From assembly GCA_965197745.1 (NCBI GenBank), contig CBDANS010000005.1, forward strand, positions 384,001-448,000: a stretch of 64,000 nt of DNA. The letters are read 5' to 3'. The notes under the pieces are model-generated. The model was given only the letters and a program-made list of their open reading frames with translations. It was not told the DNA's origin and searched no databases. Every line of letters starts with the position of its first letter. Position 1 is the stretch's first letter. Below, piece by piece: positions 48,080 to 56,303 of the stretch. The stretch is from Opitutales bacterium. Its GTDB lineage: Bacteria > Verrucomicrobiota > Verrucomicrobiia > Opitutales > PNEW01. Made by a program: the position numbers and the translations under genes.

Positions 48080-49252
48080 TTAAGCGAAGTATTTTTTCAA
48101 ACGATCGCAGGCATTCTCAAGATTGGTCATACTCGTAGCATAGGACAGGCGTAAGTAAACCTCCCCTTCATTTCCAAATGAATTTCCTGCTAAGACTGCA
48201 AGTCCTGCATTTTCCAGGAGTTCGTCCGCAAGTTGACCCGCATCTCTGCCTGTCTCTTTAATATTGGGAAAAACGTAGAATGCACCTGCTGGCTTGAGAC
48301 AATTAATACCGTGAATCTCGCTGAGGGCTGACACCAGGTAGTCTCTGCGGCTTTTAAATTCTTCCACCATTTGTTTTACACAGTCTTGAGAGCCATTGAG
48401 CGCAGCTAAGGCCCCATATTGATTAAAGGTGCAGGGGCAAGATGCGATATTGACGTTATAAAGTTCAAAGATATCAGCGAGGAATGAAGGAACGATGGCA
48501 TATCCCAACCGCCACCCCGTCATCGAATAACTCTTGGAAAAGCCATCGAGGATGATTACGCGTTCTTTCATCCCCGGAAGGGAAGCGATGCTGAAAAAAT
48601 TACCATCATAGAGAAAATCTTTATATATCTCGTCAGAGAGGATATAGAAATCGTGCTTCTTGGATTCTTCGGCTATTACCTCAAGATCTTCTCGGCTCAG
48701 GATGCCCCCCGTAGGATTATGCGGTGAATTTATGATGACGAGGCGCGTGCGTTTGCTAATACATGAGCGAAATTCGTCTTGATCAAAAGAGAATGATTTT
48801 TCTTCGCGAAGGGGTAGGGGAATGGGAGTAGCTCCACTGTGGGCTATGAGCGAAGCATACATGGGAAAACCTGGATCAGGGTAAATTACTTCATCACCCT
48901 TACCCGCAAGGCTTTGAATAGTGTAGAATATAAAGGGTTTGCCACCAGGTGCGACAATGACATTAGATGAGTCGATTTTGATACCACGTCGAGGGCCGGT
49001 AGCCTCGGAAATGGCATTTCGCAATTCAGGCAGACCCGGTGCAGGACTGTAACCGGTTTTCCCTTCACGTATCGCGTCTATAGCGGCATCACAAATATGT
49101 ATTGGGGTTGGAAAATCAGGCTGCCCAATCTCCAGATGGATGATGTCTTTACCTTGTTTCTCAAGTTGCTGCGCCCGTGCCAGCACTTTGAAAGCAGTTT
49201 CAGTCTGGAGTCCCTGTGTACACTCTTTAGTCTTCATGAAAGCAAAATACAA
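48080..49252 (-). CDS. PLP-dependent aminotransferase class I/II (aspartate aminotransferase-like)
   Basis: GQPDF, NSPHNPTG, SDEIY, GFSKSYSMTGWRLG, GAFYVF. Confidence 0.93.
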   Translation of the reverse strand: MYFAFMKTKECTQGLQTETAFKVLARAQQLEKQGKDIIHLEIGQPDFPTPIHICDAAIDAIREGKTGYSPAPGLPELRNAISEATGPRRGIKIDSSNVIVAPGGKPFIFYTIQSLAGKGDEVIYPDPGFPMYASLIAHSGATPIPLPLREEKSFSFDQDEFRSCISKRTRLVIINSPHNPTGGILSREDLEVIAEESKKHDFYILSDEIYKDFLYDGNFFSIASLPGMKERVIILDGFSKSYSMTGWRLGYAIVPSFLADIFELYNVNIASCPCTFNQYGALAALNGSQDCVKQMVEEFKSRRDYLVSALSEIHGINCLKPAGAFYVFPNIKETGRDAGQLADELLENAGLAVLAGNSFGNEGEVYLRLSYATSMTNLENACDRLKKYFA

Positions 49253-49295
49253 TCGTTTGCGATGAGAGCAAGCATCACTTAAGAGGATTGACTAG

Positions 49296-50613
49296 TGGTC
49301 GTGACCACGAAAACTGGGACAGTTGAAAAGTTAGTCTGGGTAACCTAGAAAGGACTCAGACAATGAAAGGCAAAAGATACACGACCGAAGAGAAAATACG
49401 GATGCTGCGGCAGGCGGACAAAGGGAAAACGATCCTGGAAGCATGCCGCGAGAACAACATTAGCGAACAGACTTTCCACCGCTGGAAGCGTGAGTTTGGG
49501 ATGATTGATGTCGACCAGGCCAAGCGGATGAAGGAACTCTTTGAAGGAGAACGCGCGGTTAAAACGGATGCTGGCGGACAAGCTGCTGGGGATAGAGATC
49601 CTGCAGGAGACCCTCGAAAAAAAACTGTAAGCCCTGGGCACAAGCGGCAAGTGGCAGAGAGACTTGTGGCTCGGGGCCAGTGTTCGATGCGAGCGGGGTG
49701 CCGGTACTTTCGGCTGCACCGTTCCACCTATGCGTATAAGGCGAAGCATCCGGATGCTTGGTTAATGAAACTGAAGGCGGCAGTAAGGCGGTTATCACGG
49801 CAATATGCCAGGTGGGGCTATCCGAAGATCACGAAGCTGTTGAAAGACGAAGGCTGGGAGGTGGGTAAACGTCTCGTGCAAGGTCTACGACGCGAACTGG
49901 GCTTGGCGATCCCCCAACGCAAGCCAAGACGTCGGGGCAGGGGTGTTTCCACCGGGCTGCCGACCAAGGCCGAACATCCCGGCCATGTTTGGACCTGGGA
50001 TTTTATCCACGATAAGACGGTCCGCGGTGGCAGTTTAAAAATGTTGACCGTGCTCGATGAGTACACCCGCGAGTGTCGAGTGATCCATGTTGATCGCCAT
50101 ATCAATGCGGAAACGGTGCGCGGTATCATGCAAAAACTGCTTGCCCGTCATGGGCCGCCACAATATATTCGCAGTGACAACGGTTCCGTTCCGAGGAGCG
50201 AAGCGACGACATGCGAAGCCATTCATTGAAAAGGAATTGAGAGCCTGGCTAACTGCGATGAAAATCAAAACCCTCTATATCGAACCAGGAAGCCCTTGGC
50301 AGAACGGATACATCGAATCGTTGCATGCCCGTTTTCGCGAGGAGTGTTTAAACCGTGAACAGCTATGGACTTTGACCGAAGCCCGCGTGGTGATCGAGGA
50401 CTGGCGCTGGCTTTACAATAATGTCCGACCCCACCGCAGCCTCGGCAATATCACCCCACGGTGCTTCGCTGAAGACATTAATACCGAAGGCTTGGGCTCC
50501 ATTCGGGCTACGCCCTCATTGCGCCCAAGCCTTGACTTCCTCTACCAACTTAACTTCAACATTAACCTCTCCAGACTAACTCTCTCGGTGGACCAGTTTA
50601 CGTAACCCGATCA
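49296..50613 (+). mobile_element. IS3-family (IS407-like) insertion sequence, degenerate
   Basis: TG...CA ends with ~44-bp imperfect TIRs (TGGTCGTGACCACGAAAACTGG...GTTAGTCTGG vs TGATCGGGTTACGTAAACTGG...GTTAGTCTGG); orfA HTH; A-run slippery site ~49617-49624; orfB DDE (WTWDF, SDNG, IES, FREECL); no flanking direct repeat seen. Confidence 0.92.
49363..50605 (+). pseudogene. IS3 transposase orfAB with +1 insertion (~49540) and 31-bp insertion (~50188-50218)
   Basis: Removing one T restores ...KELLKENARLKRMLADKLL..EKKL*; removing 31 bp restores SDNGSPFIEKEL. Confidence 0.8.
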
Positions 50614-51307
50614 CCTTAACTAGGAAATTCCGATTTCAAATAAATATTAAACTGAGACACGATCGACCCCTCGATATTCTGATGATCAAAGACGGAACTC
50701 TTATAGGATAGAGGAATCAGTCATGCTACTGGCCGATGACTTAAAGATGGTTTCACAAGGACATTTTTATCCTATCTTATCCTATAAGATCATTCGATTA
50801 TAAGAGACTACACCCCTATTACCTGTATTGAGCTTTGCAGGAAATGCATGTCATAGTCCTTGATTGAGTATTGGTTCAGTCCACTGTATTCTCAATTGCA
50901 ACTGATCGCTTTCGGGATATGGGGATGCCTTTTCTTTCAAAAAACAAGCAGGAAGAAACAGGGGATAGAATGAAGAAAATCCTTAACGACAGACGACAGG
51001 AAAAGCTCTCTTAATGATTGTCAGGAATTATCCTGATATAATTAGTTAAATCGATGCCGGACAAAAAAAATACTGACCTTTAAATTCCAGATATGTCCGA
51101 ATTGGACATTGATGGATAACAGTCTGTTAGCTTAAATATATAATTTTTAAATATAAAGTTAAAGTTTGCTAAAGATTTGCTAATTATCATTCACTTTGCT
51201 GTATTTGACTGCATTTTAGTGCATTTTTAAAATTTCATAACGTACTTAGGAATAACAACTAGAGAAACAAGTTGAAATTGAATGAATGTAGATGCACGGT
51301 TATAACA

Positions 51308-51332
51308 GGTTCGACTCCCGCCACCTCCACCA
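51308..51332 (+). other. 3' fragment of tmRNA (ssrA) or tRNA-Ala; att-like island boundary
   Basis: GGTTCGACTCCCGCCACCTCCACCA: T-loop plus acceptor 3' strand with U70 (Ala identity) and CCA; the 5' half of the T-stem and the rest of the gene are absent. Confidence 0.75.
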
Positions 51333-51333
51333 G

Positions 51334-51739
51334 CCTTCGCCATTGGCGAGGGCTGCCACGTCGACTTGTCAAGCCATAGTTCTCGCGCGTAAGCGAGTTG
51401 GGACGACGGCTGAAGCTCGCTAGAGCGAAGACGAGCTTTACGGTACAAACGTACCATTCTCTACGGCTACGGCTTGGCAAGCCAGCTAATCATTAAAATA
51501 AAAATGATCCCCTTCGCCATTGGCGAGGGCTGCCATGTCGACTTGTCAAGCCATAGTCCTCGCGCGTAAGCGAGTTGGGACGACGGCTGAAGCTCACCGA
51601 GCGAAGACGGGCTTTACGGTACAAACGTACCATTCTCTACGGCTACGGCTTGGCAAGCCAGCTAATCATTAAAATAAAAATGATCCCCTTCGCCATTGGC
51701 GAGGGCTGCCACTTCGACTTGTCAAACCATAGTCCTCGC
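51334..51739. repeat. Tandem repeat, ~2.3 copies of a 176-177-bp palindrome-rich unit
   Basis: Units start at 51334, 51511 and 51687 (CCTTCGCCATTGGCGAGGGCTGCCA...); near-identical copies. Confidence 0.95.
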
Positions 51740-51859
51740 ATTTTAGCAAAAAATAAATATACGTTTATGCGAAGCCTGACCCCTTCTATGGGGAAAATAG
51801 TCAAGCGTGTAAAAATGTCAGTGCATAACTTGTTTAAGTTTCGTTGTTTAAAATAAATT

Positions 51860-52060
51860 CAGGATCGTCTCCTCTGATCGTTCACGAGTCTTAAGACTCG
51901 GATTAACCTGCTATCCGTGCATCACTTAAAGTGAGCACCCTGTGACATTTCCAATAGACGTGTCTAAATCAGAGGAGCAAGCGCTGCCCAATCTTTCAAG
52001 GACGGTATCCTTATTTAAAGAGACACCAGGGGTCAGTACGGGTCATTGCTCCGCTCCAAA
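51860..52060 (-). ncRNA. Predicted bridge/seek RNA in the 3' non-coding end of the IS110 element
   Basis: Two stem-internal-loop-hairpin modules; loop segments match the insertion site (CUGACCCCU, AAAG) and partly the donor junction (AUGUCA, AUAGcAG); RNA ends approximate. Confidence 0.75.
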
Positions 52061-52094
52061 AATGTTTCTTTTTTAGCTTCTCGTTGGCACCTCC

Positions 52095-53183
52095 TTAAGG
52101 GTTGATGGGGTTAAGTTGCAAGCCCAGTGCTTTGGCTTCCAGGCGACCGGTCTGGATCCGCCACCAGTCCACGGCAAACTGCCGGGCCAGGGCCACGATG
52201 ATCTTTTTCTTACGCGCTTTCGTCAGCTTCAAATCGCACAAGTGACGCTCCCACTTTTTAATCGCGTAATAGTCGGGCTGATACACTAACAGCCGCCACA
52301 CGCACTCGATGAGCAAATGGCGTAAGCGACGGTTGCCATGTTTATTGATCGGGCCCTGGAAACGCCGCTGGTTGCTACTGTCTTCACTGGGGCACAATCC
52401 GGTGTAGCTGCCGATCTGGCGGCGGTTTTTGAAACGCTGCCAGTTGCCCACCTCCCGCTCTAAGAGAATGCAGGTCATTTTGCCCAAACCAGTGGGCAGT
52501 CCTTCGGGAGCCTCGGCCTCAATCTTCTTGGTTAGATTCTTGAGCTCCTCATCGATCGCGAGGATGATCCTCCTTAACGGTTCCAACAGCTCACACACCG
52601 TGGGCGGCAGCTGCGCTCGGCAGCGCTCCCACTTGCGGCGGTTCCACCACGGCCCCCGCAGTCGTCCCCCATAATACATGACCTGGCTTCTACCCTGTGC
52701 GGCCAGCCGCTGGCGCTGTCTCATCATACTCTGGCGTTGTCGACTCACACTGCGTTTGCGCTCCTGCTCTTCGCTCGGGACGTAGACCACACTGAAGGCT
52801 TCACGGTTACCGTTCACATAGCGGTCCAAACAAAGGGCCATTTGATGGGCATCGCGTTTGTCCGTTTTGACTTTTTTCCCATACTCGTCCCAGTCGCGCG
52901 GGCGTATCACGTAGTTCTGCACCCCCAGTTGTTTTAACTGTCGATGCAGGCTGTAGCCAAACGGTCCGGCTTCATAGCAGCTGACTATCTGCTGGGCTTC
53001 CTTTACTACTTGCTGTTCTATCCATTTTAGAAACGAAGGGGGACTGAATCGGCGGGGCGCTTTCGGGGTGCCACCGTCTACCATCATAACCACTACATAG
53101 CGGTCGATATGGACATCAATCCCAAGCTTGATTACTTCGGCTTTTGTTTTAACTTCTTTTGTTGATGACGTGGGTTTTTTCAT
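52095..53183 (-). CDS. IS110-family transposase/recombinase (362 aa)
   Basis: RuvC-like DEDD: GIDVH, CYEAGPFG, KTDKRDA; Tnp domain YTGLCPSEDSS (catalytic Ser), INKHGNRRLR; ATG 53183 lies inside the element end, whereas the 53408 start runs through flanking repeats. Confidence 0.93.
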   Translation of the reverse strand: MKKPTSSTKEVKTKAEVIKLGIDVHIDRYVVVMMVDGGTPKAPRRFSPPSFLKWIEQQVVKEAQQIVSCYEAGPFGYSLHRQLKQLGVQNYVIRPRDWDEYGKKVKTDKRDAHQMALCLDRYVNGNREAFSVVYVPSEEQERKRSVSRQRQSMMRQRQRLAAQGRSQVMYYGGRLRGPWWNRRKWERCRAQLPPTVCELLEPLRRIILAIDEELKNLTKKIEAEAPEGLPTGLGKMTCILLEREVGNWQRFKNRRQIGSYTGLCPSEDSSNQRRFQGPINKHGNRRLRHLLIECVWRLLVYQPDYYAIKKWERHLCDLKLTKARKKKIIVALARQFAVDWWRIQTGRLEAKALGLQLNPINP

Positions 53184-53262
53184 AGGGTTGTCAGGGTTTG
53201 TGATTCGCTCACCCCTGACAATCCCCATGTCATCTTTTGACTCTTTCTGGTCACTAGTCTTT

Positions 53263-53368
53263 TCCCGACACCCGAACCCCGAACCCTGTCCCGAGTCCCG
53301 CGGCCACGGGACGACATCTTCCACCCTGACACCCGAACCCTGAACCGTGAACACTGAACGGTGACACC
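53263..53368. repeat. Degenerate heptamer tandem repeats (CCCGAAC/CCTGAAC type)
   Basis: cccgaca cccgaac cccgaac ... cccgaac cctgaac cgtgaac actgaac. Confidence 0.8.
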
Positions 53369-53422
53369 TACAAGCTTGACTCCATTCTTCTTTGCAGTTC
53401 CATAGCAAAAAAGGTCTAATAA

Positions 53423-54685
53423 GTGAACCTCTCTGAACTGCAAGCTAAAGCTACACGACTGGAACGTGAGCTGCAGGAGACCCGCAATCTCCTGGCATTG
53501 ACCATCGACCCCGAGGCCGTCACTGCAGACCTCGCCCGCACTCGAGCCTATGCATTCGATTCCGTAAAGATGCCCGTTGAGGATGTGGTAGCGGGGTGTG
53601 CCGATTCACTCGATCGATACGGTTTCTGTGTCGTCGACCATGTGATACCATCCGACGAGGTGGACGCCATTCGCGAGGAAGTTATGGCGGCAGATGATAC
53701 TGCCAACCGCAATATTCAGGGCATTAAAGACCTGTTTAATCAAGAGGGGGCGAACGCCGAGGAATTACTTAGCGGCAAGGCCGCGGCAAACAACGTGGAG
53801 TTAAGGCGAGTGCGCAGGGTCGGGCATCCTCCCAAACCTCCCAACAACATTATCTGGATGCCCCAGTACGCCCGGCATCTCGCCAATCCGGTAATTACCG
53901 CTGTGGCACGCCACGTTCTCGATGACCATCTTCGAATCGCGTCGTTGCATAACCGTTGCATAAAAAGCGACGATGCATTTATCGAGAATAATGGAGCAGA
54001 CGAATTCAAGAAAATGCGAGGTTCGGATAAGCGCGGCTGGCACACAGACTGGCCCCACGACCTTTCAGCTTACGGCAATAAAGACCCCAATAATAATGTC
54101 GGTTGCATCCGCCAGCCCTGCCCCGACGTAACCATGTGCCTGGTGATGATCTGGTATCTAACCGATGTCGATGAAAATTCGGGGGGCACGTGGATCGTGC
54201 CGGGTTCGCATAAGGACAAGCGGAATCCACGGGGTCCGAACGATGGTATTTCGGTTACCGCGCCCATTCCCGGCGATATGCAAGTAACCGCGCCAGCGGG
54301 GTCTGTCTATATCCAGGATTCGCGTTGCTGGCACGCGACTGCCAGGCACAATCCAAGTGGTCGGGAGAGGGTTGCGGTGGTGAATCGCTGGTGCCCCTGG
54401 TGGTTCTCCGTCGACGACTTCGCCCCAGGAGACAAGTACAATGTCTACCACTTATGCCGTCCTCTTAACCATGCAGAGTATCTGGCCCTGCCCCCTGATC
54501 TGCAACCGTTGATGCGGCATCTCTGTCCCGATGAACGTGACACCTTGCAACAGCCGGTGCTCGATCGGGCTGAAGCAGCTCATGCACGCACGCTGTGGGG
54601 ATTTCAGCAAGAGGAGGAAAATCCAGAATCCATGCAACATATCAACGCGCATATCAAAGTGCCGGTGGTGCCTTTTAAGTGTTAG
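53423..54685 (+). CDS. Phytanoyl-CoA dioxygenase (PhyH)-family Fe(II)/2-oxoglutarate oxygenase
   Basis: LDRYGFCVVDHVI, WHTD (HxD), YLTDVDENSGGTWIVPGSH, AGSVYIQDSRCWH, R. Confidence 0.88.
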   Translation: MNLSELQAKATRLERELQETRNLLALTIDPEAVTADLARTRAYAFDSVKMPVEDVVAGCADSLDRYGFCVVDHVIPSDEVDAIREEVMAADDTANRNIQGIKDLFNQEGANAEELLSGKAAANNVELRRVRRVGHPPKPPNNIIWMPQYARHLANPVITAVARHVLDDHLRIASLHNRCIKSDDAFIENNGADEFKKMRGSDKRGWHTDWPHDLSAYGNKDPNNNVGCIRQPCPDVTMCLVMIWYLTDVDENSGGTWIVPGSHKDKRNPRGPNDGISVTAPIPGDMQVTAPAGSVYIQDSRCWHATARHNPSGRERVAVVNRWCPWWFSVDDFAPGDKYNVYHLCRPLNHAEYLALPPDLQPLMRHLCPDERDTLQQPVLDRAEAAHARTLWGFQQEEENPESMQHINAHIKVPVVPFKC

Positions 54686-54696
54686 CCGCCGTCGCA

Positions 54697-54736
54697 AGCT
54701 TCAGCCGTCGTCCCGCAGATGCGGGACTATAGCTGG
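54697..54736. repeat. REP-like palindromic element
   Basis: AGCTTCAGCCGTCGTCCC is the reverse complement of GGGACGACGGCTGAAGCT in the 177-bp unit; hairpin GTCCCGCA-GA-TGCGGGAC. Confidence 0.75.
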
Positions 54737-54889
54737 TGGCTATCTCTTTTCTTTATCCCTGACAATTGACTTTCGACTTTAAGCCTTTGACGAAGACAGG
54801 TCAAAAGGGGTCTTATCAATTTTCGATTTGCGATTTTCGATTGCAGATTTGGGATTGATGCACCTTGGTCCCACTGGAAGGAAATATTA

Positions 54890-55951
54890 ATGAGAAAAAT
54901 TAAAGTCGGCGTGATTGGCGCGGGTGGTATCGTCCGTCGCTTGCATCTGCCCGATCTGGACCAAAACGACAACTTCGAAGTAGTTCTGATTAGTGGTCGT
55001 AAAAAGTCTCGGCTGAAACAACAGTGTGAAGTATTTGGGATTCCCAATTGGACGCAGGATTATGAGGCGGTTATCTCTGACGACTCGGTCGATGCTATTG
55101 TTGTAGGAACACCTCATCCACACCATGTTTCCTGGGGAATTAAGGCCATTAAATCTGGCAAGCATGTGTTGATGCAAAAGCCGCTGTGTGGTGACATGAA
55201 CGAGGCAAACGCTTTCATGGAAGCTGTTGAAAAGAGCCACCATACGGTGATGTGTCTACCTCATTTTAGCAGTCAGGTTTACAAAATTCGCCAGATGATT
55301 ACAGAAGGCGCAATCGGTAGAGTATCAGGCGCACGCTATAGAACCAGCCACGGGGGCCCAGAGATTTACTATGCTGAGATTCGCGATCTCTTCGGTGAAA
55401 CCGATGATGACCTGTGGTTCTTTGACGCTAAACGTGTCAGTGTCGGTGCACTATTTGACATGGGGGTTTATGCGATCTCCCATTTGGTGGCCATTTTAGG
55501 ATCGTTTGCTAAAGTTACTGGCTTCGTTACAACATTTGACAAACCCACAGATTTGGAGGATGTCGCTACCCTGGTTTTGCAAACCGAGACTGGAGCCATC
55601 ATTACGGCGGAAACCAGTTGGTGTGATCCTGCCCGTACTGGAGAAGGTAGTATCCATGGAACAGCAGGAAAGTTCACCATTCCGGGGCGAGATGGTGCCG
55701 CAGTCAGTCTGCATACACCGACCTCCTATACCAGAGAACACGCGCCAGTTGACGTTCAGCCGGTGAATTGTGAAGATGCCAATCCGGGTAATATGCACCA
55801 GCATTTTGCCGATCACATTCGAGCGGGTACCCAACCGCCACTTTCCAATGCGCAAGCCGCTCGCCATGTGACAGAAATCATGTTAGCTGGTATGGAATCC
55901 TCTCTTCTGGGCCAAGCGATCAATTTGAAAACGCGAGTAGATAACGAATAA
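54890..55951 (+). CDS. Gfo/Idh/MocA-family NAD(P)-dependent oxidoreductase
   Basis: VGVIGAGGI, TPHPHH, GKHVLMQKP, GALFDMGVY. Confidence 0.92.
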   Translation: MRKIKVGVIGAGGIVRRLHLPDLDQNDNFEVVLISGRKKSRLKQQCEVFGIPNWTQDYEAVISDDSVDAIVVGTPHPHHVSWGIKAIKSGKHVLMQKPLCGDMNEANAFMEAVEKSHHTVMCLPHFSSQVYKIRQMITEGAIGRVSGARYRTSHGGPEIYYAEIRDLFGETDDDLWFFDAKRVSVGALFDMGVYAISHLVAILGSFAKVTGFVTTFDKPTDLEDVATLVLQTETGAIITAETSWCDPARTGEGSIHGTAGKFTIPGRDGAAVSLHTPTSYTREHAPVDVQPVNCEDANPGNMHQHFADHIRAGTQPPLSNAQAARHVTEIMLAGMESSLLGQAINLKTRVDNE

Positions 55952-56303
55952 TGAATTTTCCGAAAATTAAGCGGAGACAGCTACGGTCTCATAATTGAGG
56001 AGTAAACGCACCTCATTTAGGTAAAACCCAGGATATACATATGTTATCATTAGGATGCTTATTTATAACATTATGGTTTCAAATAGAAATTTAGATACTG
56101 ACCCTTCGTAGCCAGAACGAGGCCAAGATCGGAAAGGAATCTGACAAACTCTTGTCGGCTTCAACGGTAGTGTGTCTCTACCGACCTAAAAGCGACTTCA
56201 TATTTGATCGACATTCACGGGGTCTTGTGCCGTGGTTTATAGAGAGATGATAGTCAGCTAGCCGACTCGGGTTTTTGAAAAATTTAGACAAAGGAAGAGA
56301 TCA

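Larger units (their letters stand above)
51783..53235 (-). mobile_element. IS110-family, IS1111-type element (bridge/seek-RNA recombinase element)
   Basis: CT core at both ends (51783-4, 53234-5); sub-terminal IRs ATGGGGA (51788-94) / TCCCCAT (53222-28), 3 and 5 nt inside the cores; short 5' and long 3' non-coding ends; DEDD+Ser recombinase. Confidence 0.88.

Noticed and set aside
50614..51150. Gene or pseudogene remnant between IS3 and the att-like site
   Set aside because: No ORF of 60 aa or more and no recognisable motif; only short palindromes
51260..51332. Complete tRNA or tmRNA gene
   Set aside because: Only the T-loop and acceptor 3' strand are present; upstream sequence cannot form the T-stem 5' side, D arm or acceptor 5' strand
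51334..51739. CRISPR array
   Set aside because: Units are ~177 bp and near-identical along their whole length; there are no unique spacers and no cas genes
51227..51856. Short ORFs across the repeat array (51227-51457, 51259-51480, 51575-51856)
   Set aside because: They are translations of the tmRNA fragment and palindromic repeats, with no protein-like features
53184..53408. 75-aa N-terminal extension of the IS110 recombinase in the ORF track
   Set aside because: It crosses the element end (53235) and is translated from flanking heptamer repeats; ATG 53183 fits the family domain start
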